From contig OZ210885.1 of the NCBI GenBank assembly GCA_964658305.1, forward strand, positions 12,958,001 to 13,022,000: DNA of 64,000 bases. Reading direction: 5' to 3'. The position numbers and the translations under genes were made by a program. This DNA comes from Leptogorgia sarmentosa (lineage: Eukaryota). Positions 35,870 through 48,142 of the stretch are shown here, piece after piece. Each line of letters starts with the position of its first letter. The stretch's first letter is position 1. A model generated the notes under the pieces. It did no database searches, was not told the DNA's origin, and saw only the letters and a program-made list of their open reading frames with translations.

Positions 35870-38800
35870 ACGCGTGTTTTCCGAAATTTTTCCCGCTTTT
35901 ATTAGTTTAGAAGGCGTTCCAAAGAATTTTGAACAATTCCAAACTAGCAATTTTTCCGCAAAATTTAACAAAATTGACAAAAATGTGCGGAAATTTTTGG
36001 AACTCCGCAGGTTTTGGAGAGAATTCGCAAATTTGTGCGGAAAAAATTCTCTTTCCGCACAAATTGAAGAAATTGTAGTGTTTTGGGGAAAATTTTGGGT
36101 TTCCGAAATTCAGACACCGTAATCCTAAAAAACAAGTCGAAATTTTGGGTTTCCGAAATTCGGACACCCTAGCTAATCCTAAGCTATAGAAAATTGAAAA
36201 AACATTTTGGGTTTCCGAAATTCGGACACCCTAATCATAGGCGATTGAAATCAAGTGAAAATTTTGGGTTTCCGAATTTCGGACACCCTAGCTAATCCTA
36301 AGCTACAGAAAACTGGAAAACATTTTGGGTTTCCGAATTTCGGACACCCTAATCATAGGCGATTGAAAACAAGTGAAAATTTGGGTTTCCGAATTTCGGA
36401 CACCCTAGCTAATCCTAAGCCATAGAAAGCTGGAAAACATTTTGGGTTTCCGAATTTCGGACACCCTAATCATAGGCGATTGAAAAAATTCGAACATATC
36501 AGGAACGTTTCATTACTAGTACGCAATAGGAAGGACACAAAATGGATTTTTCAAAGTATTCAAACTATATTCTTAAACCATACACGAATAGTAGTAACTT
36601 CAGTGTAATAGTTCAGTGTTCACAGAAATTGGTCATTCAGTTTTCTTCGCACTTCTGATTCCTTTTCTTCTGTCGGAACAACTATCAAACAAATTCTTGC
36701 TTTTCCCAGAGCCGCAATCGCACCAGCTTCTGAAAGCAAAGAGATGGAGTGATAGTGAGAAATCAACTAATAAAAAATAATGTGTCTGCATGTCTACACA
36801 ACATGGACAACATTTGATCACTCGAATTTAATATCCAATGCAATTTTTGGCTGAAACGAACTTCGGCTATCTGCTTTAGGTAAACATAACCAAAGGATAT
36901 TCAATTTTTTTATTGATGTTCGTACTTAATGTGACAACTGTACAAAGCAAATCCGACTTGGACAGCAATACACACCTTCCTGTGAGTTAAAATCCAGCAA
37001 TATAACAGTATTACTCGATTGTGATTGGTTGATTTAAGTGCAATTTAACAGAAATAGAAGACATCTTGGGAATACAGTACACGATTCAGCGAGGTTAAAA
37101 CTGTCACCTGCAGAGCTTTTGAATTTTCGATCGAGAAAACTGAAAGCCATGCAGTAGCAACTTGGCACTGAATAGTAAAGAAATAAGTTAATTGATTCCT
37201 ACCTGATGATTTTTGACCGTACACACAACTGATATAACCAATTTCCGAAGTTGAACTCCGATTCTCGTTAAACACCTCCTTTATTTCAAATGCTTGTACC
37301 ACACTGACAGTCCCCAAAATGATCACATTGCCGAAAACTTGGCGAAAACCGAAATTAAATCTTTGCATTAGGGCAAGAACTCTCATTGCGAGTACACTCA
37401 CATCTAAACGAATAAAAAACATTAATCCATAATAATATTTCATAACAACACCACAAACATTTCGGTCATTGAACACTTGGTACTTAAATATTAATCATGA
37501 AGGCCACGGTGTTCAACATATATAACCTTGGCGCGATGAATCGCTGTTTTCTTATTCAAAATTCACGTTGTATATCAACCCATTATTATTAAAAATCAAT
37601 AGCTTCTTCGGTGATTGTGCCGTTAAATACCACCTCGAAGCACCTAGCAGGAGTGCTATAGTTGATATAGGCACATTGTCAACGCGACTATTGGCCCACC
37701 ATAAAACCTGTTTATCCAACACAACGGGTTTACTGAGAAAGATTAGCCAAGTGCGCTTAGCCTTGTTAATAAAAAATTCGAGCTGAAGCCAATAAAAACA
37801 CACAATAATCCAACTTTTTCGTTGCCAATCACGTAATAAGCATGACCTATTTTTTCCGCTCATTGGTGTTGTGCTGTAAATGCACATGTCTGCATACATT
37901 TTCAGTGGGCAAATCATCATATTACTATTAGTTAGGGCCTAACACAATTAAAACACAATATTAGTTCATTATGATCTTTGCTGGTTAAACTTAATCTAAA
38001 CGCATTCATTTTGATCGCAATGGTCAAATGCCTGTTTTGACCAGGGAATAATACCGCGCACCGTTAACATTGTCACAAACTGTTTCGACACACACAAATT
38101 ATAATTCAAAACACCTACCGACGAGTTTCTCTGTTCGTTCTAAATTGCGCCGCCGAAACTAATATTGAGATGGTTAGGACACCCAAGGCTCACATATTTC
38201 CACATTAACTCTCAGTGCGGTTTGCGGTTGTTAAGTTATATGTAGAAAAATAATTGCATATACCTTGATAGCCAGTTTGCTACGATATTCTTCCACGTCT
38301 GCGGAGTGTATACTATCATATTCTTCGAGTGCCTAGTATTATTGACATATACAAACGGCTTATACTCTGTATGATTCGTTTGGACCACTTTTGTGTCGCA
38401 GGTAGAGAAGTATCGCTTGAATGAAGGGTTAAACCGAGACTAAAAGCAGTAAATAACATACAAACTGCACCTGGTAGTAGCGTCTTTTCTATTATAGTCA
38501 ATAAGGGACCAAAAATATTATATGTCCGGAAAAGGGATGACAACATCAAATTAATTACAGGATGCGATGAATGTGATAATTGAGACTAGAGTGTTTGATA
38601 AATAGGTGACACCGACACACCAGTATACTTGCTGCTCAATTCTACTCTGCAAATCTATATATCTTTCTGGTGCGAGTTGTGATTTTCTGTTTTAAAAGAC
38701 AAATGTCTTTGTCAGACAAAGAGGATGAAAACTCCTCGATTTGCGCGATTGGATTCTCAAGCTCATCTGAACCAAACACGCCAACTACGCCATCTGTGGG

Positions 38801-41800
38801 AATGAAAATACTTGAAGACAGCTCGCCTTCGGCAGTTGGGTTTAGCAGTGACAGTGAGAAATTGTCTCCAGCAGTATTACTACAAAGAATTGGTAAGGAA
38901 ATAACAATCCAATAATAATGAACAATTCTAGGTTATCGTGTAAGTTATGGTGACCGAGTCATTTTGTTCGTTTCCCAGCTACAAGTTCCCCAGGTGTTGC
39001 TTCTGCGGGGTCACCGGACTTAGCCAAATATATCCAAGACCTATCCTCCTCTCCATTGGCTGTTGGTTTTAGCGACAAAGATATATCCTCTCCTGATACT
39101 GTTTCATATGAAAGTAAGCAAATAATAATTACTCCTAATGAACTCCCTTCCCAATATAGCGAATAAGGAAGCTAATATTTATTCTTATCATCAACTGATA
39201 AATCTAATTGTAATACAACTCTGCAGTAAGAAACAACTGATTTGTTGGGTGTAATTGGTGAAATACGCAGCAGTTTTGTACTTGAACACGTACCAAAATA
39301 ACTTAAATAAGTTACGAAATACGCTATTGTTACTGACCCCAGTACTAACGCAAAGTCGCAAAATAAACCATATGGTAATGACATGATTTCAATTTTAGAT
39401 AATTCGCCTAAACCTTTGTCACACTTTACACCGAGGGAGGCAAACTGCAGCAGATTAAGAAGAATTCGAGCTTTGTAATTCGACGAAAAAGATGTCACAG
39501 GTACGAATTAAAATTTAAATCCGCGTGTCTAGTTCTTCTATACTATAGGCCTATAGCAATCCTTCTTATACACGTAGGCGACGAGCCAGACACGGTTGGG
39601 TAACGCCGCATGTTTTTTTTTTCAGTTTCATGGGCAAACCTAATTTCCCCCTGTTGCATCACAGTAAATCGCCAGTGTAGCACAACTATATGTATTTTCA
39701 ATTTGATTCAATAAAAGCATTGTGTTGCGTCAACGACTCACATTTTCGTCAACTTGTCTTTTCGTGGCCCTTGCATTATATACGCAGACAACCTTGTTTC
39801 GCTGCAAGTGATTTCGCTGTATATACCTATATTTTCTTTGCACAGAGCGATACGTAGAACAGTTCGTTGTATAAACACAATAATTAAACATTTTTACACA
39901 GTTTGCACCCTGTTTTTAGACTGTGTATCGGCACATTAACCTGGGCGATCAGGATCGAAAAAATGTTAAAATTCATATAATTTAAATGTCCCATGTCAGT
40001 GGGAAACGTATCCATGCATGAGGTTCATAAAAAAAAACTCGATTGAAAGTGGGCTTTCAAAATCGGTTCAAAGTGCATATTCGCGTACTTTGATCCGTAT
40101 AGTCAAAATGTCAGAGGCATGCATGCACAGTCAGAAACAGCTAATCCATGATTTCCGCCGCAAAATTTATTCATTGGTTCGACTTTCTGATGATCGGCTA
40201 TATGCTGGCATTGATGCACTGATATTTAAACGGCCGATTGTCAAACTTAGAAAATAGAGCTGGTGACGCAATTTATATCCGTATTATGTATAATTCAATA
40301 AATATACGTATCCTGTGCACAGGCATGGAGACAATAAAGTTTCAAGTAACAAAACCTTTCTCGCTGGCCAAAATTAGCCATGAACCATGTTATTTCATGT
40401 CAAATTAGTTTCAGGAGTTCGTATTTAAATATTTTAAACCATAACACGATGTCCAAATGGAAGTAAAATTGTCATGATATATTTCTGTCAACATTACAAA
40501 AATCTTATAGCTACTGCTATATGTTGATATTTGATATGTGGCGCACGCTGTAATCATCAGTGGTTGTCGATAAAAACCGCACGCAACATTGCAAAGAAAT
40601 GCGTTGATATTTCGCGACATTCACAGTTCACAATATTAGGGGCATTTATAGCTACAAAACAAAACAACTCGCGACTTTAATTCACACATGATGCGACTCA
40701 AATCAGACGCAAACTTGCCGTGTTTGTTTAGATGAATGTAAATGTCCGTTTTGATGTAACAGCAAAGACATCTTTAATCTTTTTATGTGCACATAATTGA
40801 TATATGGCAGAGCTGAAATCAATTAGAGTAACCAAGGTGAACCAGGTAACCAATAGGTACTGTAGATTTAGTTTTTCTCAAGAACATAAATTCTTTATCT
40901 TTCCCAGATATACATACTGGTGAATATCATGCCTCCTGCATGGTACTCGAGGAATTTATCACGACGATAACTTTCTGGATGCCCGTTCTCCTGGTGTACT
41001 TGTTGCAGTCAACATCAGCAATTACAAGAAAAGACCCGTTATTTGGACGGTTATTACTGAAGTTCATGAGAATGAATTCGGCCTTGACTATTGGAAAGGG
41101 GCATACAATTCAGCCTGGCAACCGCATTTTGTCAAAAGTAAGGAAGGTGAAGTACCTTGGGCAGACGCATTGCCAAAGCAATCTGTAATTATGTGTGCAT
41201 TTGAACTTGATGAAAATAACTTTTTGTATGAAAACACCAGAAAGTTTATAAAGCGGTGGTATCGTGAGGAAGCCAGGAGACAATCTGCCAATTAGTTAAA
41301 GAAGCTAGTATGAATCAGTGAAGTATGAAGTATGAATCCGACTAAATTAGACTTTGAAAACATGCACGAATGGATTGTGCAATGTGTATAATAAGTCAAA
41401 TTAATATCTTTATGAAAAATATTTAATTCTCATTACTTGAGGCATTGAAATGAGTCATAGTTTATGATTTGAAATTTTCTTCAAATTCCTGATTGCTTAA
41501 GATTTTTTTCTGTTAACGTTGCAATGTCAAACACTTAAAATGTTGTTGGGCATTAATTGTTTGTGAAATATATCTTTTTTATTGATCAGTACCAGAAGTA
41601 CTTTAGCATTGGTTGTTTCGTCTCATAAAATGACTCATTTGAATACCTCAAATCATCGTACGCTTCACTGATTAACATTCCCTTAAAATGGGTGTTTCTC
41701 TTGCCAACGGTGTCACAAACCGGCTCCAGGTCGGAACATTTGAAGTTTTTTGGCCTACGCACATATTATTAACATTAAAATTGTTAAATAAATTATTCTG

Positions 41801-42189
41801 TATGAGCATAAGGGACCTTCAATGTATAAGCAAAAAAATATTCTGAACATACACAATAGATTGGATCATCGAAGTCAATTTAATTTACATCGGAAGGCGC
41901 CCTTGAAGTTTTCCTTTCTCCGTCAAAATTTTTCCTCGTTTAAATTATCATCGATATTCACTTTTCTATGCATAAAAATGAGTGTCTGAATTTCGGAAGC
42001 CCAAAATTTTCGCCAGTTTTCTGTCTGTGGTATGGGTGTCCGAATTTCGGAAGCCCAAAATTTTCACCACTTTTATGCCTGTGGTTTGGGTGTCCGAATT
42101 TCGGAAGCCCAAAATTTTCACCACTTTTCCGCCTGTGGTTTGGGTGTCCGAATTTCGGAAGCCCAAAATTTTCACCAGTTTTCTGTCTG
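35870..42189 (+). mobile_element. Putative ~6.3 kb DNA transposon bounded by inverted arrays of subterminal repeats
   Basis: Seven copies of TTTGGGTTTCCGAA(A/T)TTCGGACACC at 36093-36466 and at least four reverse-complement copies at 41982-42175, running into the N gap. The left boundary is approximate. Confidence 0.55.
38703..41295 (+). pseudogene. Spliced gene remnant inside the repeat-bounded element
   Basis: Exons 38703-38892 and 38979-39113 join in phase 1 (Ser-rich, repeated AVGFS). Terminal exon from 40908 has a frameshift, then a 117-codon open frame 40942-41295 (GVLVAVNISNYKKRPVI...YWKGAYNSAWQP...PWADALPKQSVIMCAFELDEN) that the ORF track misses. Confidence 0.55.
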
Positions 42190-42289
42190 NNNNNNNNNNN
42201 NNNNNNNNNNNNNNNNNNNNNNNNNNNNNNNNNNNNNNNNNNNNNNNNNNNNNNNNNNNNNNNNNNNNNNNNNNNNNNNNNNNNNNNNN
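42190..42289. other. Assembly gap (100 N)
   Basis: Run of N directly after a 53-bp tandem repeat. Confidence 1.
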
Positions 42290-43039
42290 GAATGCGGCCC
42301 CGGAGAGCTTTCATACGAATAGTAAATATACGCAAAACAAAAGTTCACTGCCGACATTATATTGACGAACATATCTTTTGTTTCAACTCATAGCTAGTCG
42401 TTCCTTCCCCTTTCTCAGCGTTTTATATCTTCTCAGAAGGCTTTGCATGTCTTACAGCGTAGATATTGCTTTTGTTTTCCCTTTTTCAAAAGAATTTAAA
42501 AGATTCTTGAAAGCTTTCAAAACTATTATTATTAGGGAATTATTACTCTCGCGCCAGACTTCTGCAAGCACAAGGGACAGGGAACGCGCTTCGGGTCGTG
42601 GCTCAGGAAATATGACTCTTATGCTTTGAACTTAAAATACCTGCAACGATAACTCCTATGATTTGTCCTATGATTGGCCGAAGCCGGCGCGCAAAAAAAA
42701 TAACAATCAAAAGGACTGGGTACACAAACTTTCCTGTTTAGTTCCAACAGTTTACGTCCATCTGCCGCAAAAAGTGAGGATATTTATTTCTATTTTTCAA
42801 AAGAATGACAAATGTATATATAGTGTATATTTTTGCTTCAAACTTTTCATGTACATGTATGTACATTGTATGTACATGCAAGGTTTTACATAACGTTAAT
42901 GCATACTTCTTTCCAAAATGAATGATAGCGTGACGTCGCGAAAGTTAGGTTGGCGGCTTTTCTCAATTACTGTAGTACTGGTATCAATTTTTATACAATG
43001 CGTCGTATGTCGCTCACATGCGTCATCACAAAATCTGTG

Positions 43040-44978
43040 TACACCATAATAAAACGAGCTACTATGTGCATGTATGAACCAGCATCGAATAAGACGTACG
43101 GGTATGCATGTGCACGGATTGAACATCAAATTGCATGCAACGAGTATTTAATACAAAAATTTGAATATGCATAATCATTCATTGTCTTGCAAATATATTC
43201 AAGAAAGCTTACAATAGCATGCATATGGGACCCATACGCATTGCCAACTGTGTGTTTGTGATAACAATAGAACACATATCAAGTTCATTTAACACAAATA
43301 TCTTTTCAAGTAAACACTGCAGAATATGGCATAAATGTGGTGTAATATTCTTGACACGCGGTGTAGAAACCTAAAGGGACTCCGCACTTTGATTAAAAAT
43401 ACCAGCGTGGTTTGTGTGTGGCTGTAGACTGCACAGTTGGTAGAAGGTGTAGGTGCGACATGGGCGTAATAGAATCACACAAGAACACAGACAGCGAATT
43501 GTACAAGCCTTTGAGAACGAAGACGAAGGCTATTTACTCGTTGCGGATACATTGGGAGTTAACTGGTCAACAGCACGAGGTATTGTGGCTCGCTTTATCA
43601 GGGAAGGGCGAATCCATGAGTTGCCTCGAGGCGGCAGAAACAACATCCGTGTAGACGAAGAAATGCGAGACTGTCTTCAACAGATTATTAACGAGAAATG
43701 TGTCCTAACGCTTGTACAAATAAATAGAGAATTACGAAGGGGTCTCCCACACAAACCAGAAATCCATGAAAGCACAGTTGCACGAACATTGAATGGGATG
43801 TTGTTCACAGTTAAACTGGTGCGACCCGTTCCAAACGAAAGAAATAGACCCGATGTAATTGTAAAACGTAGAGAATATGCAGACTGGTTCATGAACCATG
43901 CCATCCTGCGAAACTGTGTGTTTATCGATGAATGTGGATACAACGTCTGGACCGCCCGTAGTCATGGGAGAGCACGATTAGGTGAAAGAGCGTATCGGCA
44001 GGTTTGCGGACAGCGCGGACGAAACATGACCGTTTGCTTAGCAGTATCCGCTAATGCTGGCTTAGTGTTCCACACGGCCTTTCTAGGAGGAATGAATCGT
44101 GAACGCTTTGCTGATTTTCTTGCAAAGACACGCCTCAATCTGGATCCTGATGAAGAAGTCACCTTCATATATGACGGCGCACCAGAACATAACAATCCAC
44201 CTGTCCCTGCTCCCAATACCGAGTTGCGAAAACTCCCTCCATACAGCCCCTTCCTCAACATTGTAGAGCAAGCAATAAGCTCCCTAAAAGCAGCAATAAA
44301 AGCGGACATTTCCCGCCCCGAAATTCAACGATTGATGGGTGATAGAGACGCGGCAAGAAATCGACATCTACCTTTGGGAGAGTTTCGCACCCATCTTCTC
44401 TTGGATGCCCTACAGCGAAATATGGATACAATAACTGCAGCGAAATGCGGGCAGTGGTACCGTTTCATGCAAACCTACATTCCACGCTGCTTAAACGGAG
44501 AGGCCATTAAGGGATAACGGAAATATGACATTTCCTTCGTGATATCCCAAGTATTATTTAGTGTTTTCTTGAAAAATTATTTGTGTTAAATGAACTTGAT
44601 ATGTGTAATTGTTATCACAAGCACACAGTTGGCAATTAAGACCATTGTAATGATTAAACATTCCTTTTATTGTTCGCTTGTTGGCGTTTAACAATGTTAA
44701 TAAACAACGTTTTCATTATAATGACTACATTCTTGACTCTGATGTCTATTCTCTAGATTTCTATGGGTCCCATATGCATGCTATTGTAAGCTTATTTTTT
44801 GATATTGAATATATTTGCAAGATAATGAATGATTATGCATATTCAAATTTTTGTATTGTATATTCGTTGCATGCAATTTGATGTTCAATCCGTGCACATG
44901 CGTATCCCTACGTTTTATTCGTTGCTGGTTCATACAAACGGTAGCTCGTTTTATCTTTATGAGTAACAAATGGTGTAC
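43040..44978 (+). mobile_element. IS630/Tc1-like transposon with long TIRs
   Basis: Inverted repeats ~43040-43305 and ~44575-44978, the right copy with a ~120 bp insert and cut off at 44979. Confidence 0.85.
43453..44517 (+). CDS. IS630-Tc1-mariner superfamily DDE transposase, uninterrupted 354-codon frame
   Basis: N-terminal HTH (VADTLGVNWSTARGIV; RGGR), second HTH, FIDECG, FIYDGAPEH, LPPYSPFLNIVE. No ATG at the 5' end of the frame. Confidence 0.88.
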   Translation: MRHGRNRITQEHRQRIVQAFENEDEGYLLVADTLGVNWSTARGIVARFIREGRIHELPRGGRNNIRVDEEMRDCLQQIINEKCVLTLVQINRELRRGLPHKPEIHESTVARTLNGMLFTVKLVRPVPNERNRPDVIVKRREYADWFMNHAILRNCVFIDECGYNVWTARSHGRARLGERAYRQVCGQRGRNMTVCLAVSANAGLVFHTAFLGGMNRERFADFLAKTRLNLDPDEEVTFIYDGAPEHNNPPVPAPNTELRKLPPYSPFLNIVEQAISSLKAAIKADISRPEIQRLMGDRDAARNRHLPLGEFRTHLLLDALQRNMDTITAAKCGQWYRFMQTYIPRCLNGEAIKG

Positions 44979-44980
44979 TA

Positions 44981-45100
44981 CACGGTTATTTTAGGGTGTT
45001 ATTTTAACACTTCTTTAGTGGAGTTAAAATGAAAAACACCAAATGTGGTGTCAAAATATCACTCTTTTGGTACCGGTGTTGACTCTTGGTCGTCTTGGAC
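44981..45100 (+). mobile_element. Terminus of a CAC-start (CACTA-like) element inserted into the right TIR above
   Basis: TA-CACGGTTATTTTAGGGTGTTATTTTAACAC... with GTGTTA/TAACAC-type subterminal palindromes. The other end was not found. Confidence 0.45.
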
Positions 45101-45689
45101 GTGGGTCTAAAAATAGACCGATATTGAGTATTCTCATTTTATCTTTCGCTTTTCCCTGATACTGTTCTCGGATACGCTTGCTTGTTATGCCATCGTTTTG
45201 TTTCGTTATTCTAAATTTCAAACCCAATATCAATCTGGGCGATACTTCTGCACGAATTTTGTCCACAAATTTCTCAACCTTGGAGATGCATAGATATTGC
45301 AGTGCACAGCGAATTATTTTTGCAACTCGCCTCTCTAGGGCCACCAGCAGCACACTATTTTCCATGTTGTTTTACTTTCCTTTGCGAAGTTGAGTGCGAA
45401 CCACATGAAGATGCCCACTTTATCGAAGCTGACTCTAACTAGAGACGTGACAGGCCGCGCGGGTTCTCGGAAGCCGTTTTGTCGAAAATAAATACAGTGA
45501 TAAACAAATACTTTCCAATCGGAATACGTAAAAATAAATAAGCTCATCCCTCCCTTTTCAAATGGAGATTTTCTTTCGATTTCATTGGAATTTTTCAGTA
45601 AAAAATCAGAAAAATATTCTTGGTGATATCGAATTTGGGCGAATAGACCAGCTTTGCAATGAATGTTCTCAATTTTTTTGTAAAATTGT

Positions 45690-45813
45690 TGTCAGGAGTG
45701 GGATTCGAACCCACGACCACATGTATGGACCAGAACGCCCTATTATGTCAAGGTTTGTCGTGACAAGTTTTTGCACTTGAGTCTGGCGCCTTAGACCGCT
45801 CGGCCATCCTGAC
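45690..45813 (-). tRNA. tRNA-Leu(CAA) with ~40 nt intron
   Basis: Reverse complement GTCAGGATGGCCGAGCGGTCTAAGGCGCCAGACTCAAG-intron-TTCTGGTCC...GTGGGTTCGAATCCCACTCCTGACA. Confidence 0.92.
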
Positions 45814-46076
45814 ACGCAGGAAAACATGGAATTTCCTACCACATTTATTCTTTGCTACCTTCAACATGCCACATCCCGTTCTGATTTTCTCTTGACAACT
45901 GACGTGAGTCGAATACGAGTATTCCTTTAGTAATTAAAATATCAAGTTCACCTTCACATTAATTTTGTTGTTGGATCAATTTGTTTCAATTAACTCTGAA
46001 TTGCCAAATGAATGGTGGAAGAGAAAGGTAATACAATTCGCTGCATTATAAAAAAATCAAATGTAATGTCTAAAAT

Positions 46077-46148
46077 AGGCTCTGCCGAGACTTGAACTCG
46101 GATCGCTGGATTCAAAGTCCAAAGTGCTAACCATTACACCACAGAACC
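46077..46148 (-). tRNA. tRNA-Gln(TTG)
   Basis: Reverse complement of the 47281-47352 gene. Confidence 0.9.
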
Positions 46149-46569
46149 TTAACACGATCATGACAATGTTTCCCAATTGTTTCACGTGTCTTCCTTTCTT
46201 GTACAACGAAAGGCACCACTTCAAACGATGAGGATGTTTACTAAAGAGAAATTATATAATCAGTACGCTCCCAGGTTCTGAACTAATAGACGCTAACCTA
46301 TCAGATCGAAAGCGGGTAAGGACCTTTTTTAACAAAGCTATCTTGGTGCCGACGCAATTTTCGCTGAAAATCTTTGAAAACAAAAGTATTTATGGTGGGA
46401 AGGCATTATGTAACATCCAAAAAACGAGCAGGAAAGGCATCCGCCGATTCGGAAGACGACCGTTTACGAAAGGGAAATAAGCGGCACCGATGAAAGAGTT
46501 TACTCGTTTACTTTCGAATAGTCAACAAATAATACTTGATAGTAATGCGCTTTTTTTTTCAAGTCTGGG

Positions 46570-47150
46570 AAATTCAGATTTTTAAAACCTTACTAACACT
46601 AGGTTCAAGTAAATCAACGAGACCGGATGGTATCTCTGGTAGGGACGTCCTTAAAGAAAATGCCGAAGGCGGTCTCCCTCAATCTTGGAAACACGCAGAT
46701 GTTGAACGAATTCCGATAAAAAAATAGGTACGTGATGTTAACCGCCACTTCCAGCCCATTTCATAAAATACAGAACACTGCATGGACATTTCGAAAAAGG
46801 TTTTCATTTTGATCCAACGTTTCGACTAGCTTGCAGTCATCATCAGGTGTTCTGTATTTTATAAAATTACTCAGTGGTCACCGTAACTTTCGGCCCATTT
46901 CCTTCAGTACGATTGTGTCGAAGTCGTGGAGGGCTTTGTTGTTGATAATTTTATAAAACCAGCTGTGCTTACAAAAGTTGACCCCAATAAATACGGAACG
47001 ATTCGAAACTCAAGCACCGTTCATGCCCTCATAAGCATGTTTAACTCTTTGGAGTAAATCAACTGATGGCAACGGCGGTAGTGATGTACGAGTAATGCTA
47101 TTTCACTTCAGGAAGCCTTTCGATCTGATAGGTCAGCGTCTATTAGTTCA
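46570..47150 (+). mobile_element. LINE RT fragment
   Basis: KSTRPDGI, LPQSWKHADV, FRPIS, then DPNKYGTIRNSSTVHALISM and an FHFRKPFDLI motif. Confidence 0.7.
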
Positions 47151-47280
47151 GAACCTGGGAGCGTACTGATTATATAATTTCTCTTTAGTAAACATTCTCA
47201 TCGTTTGAAGTGGTGCCTTTCGATGTACAAGAAAGGAAGAAACGTTAAACAATTGGGAAACATTGTCTTGATCGTGTTAA

Positions 47281-47352
47281 GGTTCTGTGGTGTAATGGTT
47301 AGCACTTTGGACTTTGAATCCAGCGATCCGAGTTCAAGTCTCGGCAGAGCCT
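47281..47352 (+). tRNA. tRNA-Gln(TTG)
   Basis: GGTTCTGTGGTGTAATGGTTAGCACTTTGGACTTTGAATCCAGCGATCCGAGTTCAAGTCTCGGCAGAGCCT. Confidence 0.9.
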
Positions 47353-47558
47353 ATTTTAGACATTACATTTGATTTTTTTATAATGCATCGAATTGTATTA
47401 CCTTTCTCTTCCACCATGCATTCATTTGGCAATTCAGAGTTACTTGAAACAAATTCATCCAACAACAAAATTAATGTGAAAGTGAACTTTATAGTGGATG
47501 TGGCATGTTGAAGGTAGCAAAGAATTAATGTGGTAGGAAATTCCATGTTTTCATGCGT

Positions 47559-47682
47559 GTCAGGATGGCCGAGCGGTCTAAGGCGCCAGCCTCAAGTGCA
47601 AAAACTTGTGACGATCAACCTTGACATAACCGAACGTTCTGGTCCACACATGTGGTCGTGGGTTCGGATCCCACTCCTGACA
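47559..47682 (+). tRNA. tRNA-Leu(CAA) with intron, with point mutations
   Basis: Paralog of 45690-45813 with changes in the anticodon stem and T-loop (GTTCGGAT). Confidence 0.82.
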
Positions 47683-47824
47683 ACAAATTTACAAAAAAAT
47701 TGAGAACATTTCATTGCAAAGCTGATCTATTTACACACATTCGATATCACCAAGAAATGTTTCTTGTTTTTTACTGAAAAATTCCAGTGAAAAAAATTTC
47801 TCCATTTAAAAAAGGTTATATGAA

Positions 47825-47897
47825 TGTTTCCGCCCAGGTTCGAACTGAGTACCTTGCGCGTGTTAAGCGCAGGTGATAACCACTACACTACGGAAAC
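47825..47897 (-). tRNA. tRNA-Val(AAC)
   Basis: Reverse complement GTTTCCGTAGTGTAGTGGTTATCACCTGCGC TTAACAC GCGCAAGG...GTTCGAACC..GCGGAAACA. Confidence 0.87.
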
Positions 47898-47957
47898 TAA
47901 CATATTTCATAACATCTCTTTTCAAAAAAGAGAACGTCTTACATGGTTAAGTAACTA

Positions 47958-48029
47958 GGGCTTCCACGGGAATCAAACCCGTGACCTCTCGCACCCTAAG
48001 CGAGAATCATACCACTAGACCAGCAAGCC
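47958..48029 (-). tRNA. tRNA-Pro(AGG)
   Basis: Reverse complement GGCTTGCTGGTCTAGTGGTATGATTCTCGC TTAGGGT GCGAG...; T-loop GTTTGA variant. Confidence 0.82.
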
Positions 48030-48142
48030 ATTGATGGTATTAAAATGTTCTCTAATGTAATTTGTACTGACGAAGAAAAATATGGGATTAATTAATGTAA
48101 TATCAGCTGTTCCAAAACATTTTCCAACTTTGCAGCGATGTC

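Larger units (their letters stand above)
45553..47815. repeat. Inverted duplication (arms ~45553-46312 and ~47117-47815) containing tRNA-Leu(CAA) and tRNA-Gln(TTG)
   Basis: The arms are reverse complements over ~700-760 bp, with an ~800 bp spacer carrying a LINE fragment. Confidence 0.92.

Noticed and set aside
36093..36466. Regularly spaced palindromic ~28 bp repeats resembling a CRISPR array (also 41982-42175)
   Set aside because: The spacers are not unique (two alternating types), there are no cas genes, the context is eukaryotic, and the inverted partner array fits transposon subterminal repeats.
41958..42393. Several ORFs spanning the tandem repeat and N run
   Set aside because: Artefacts of the repeat and the assembly gap.
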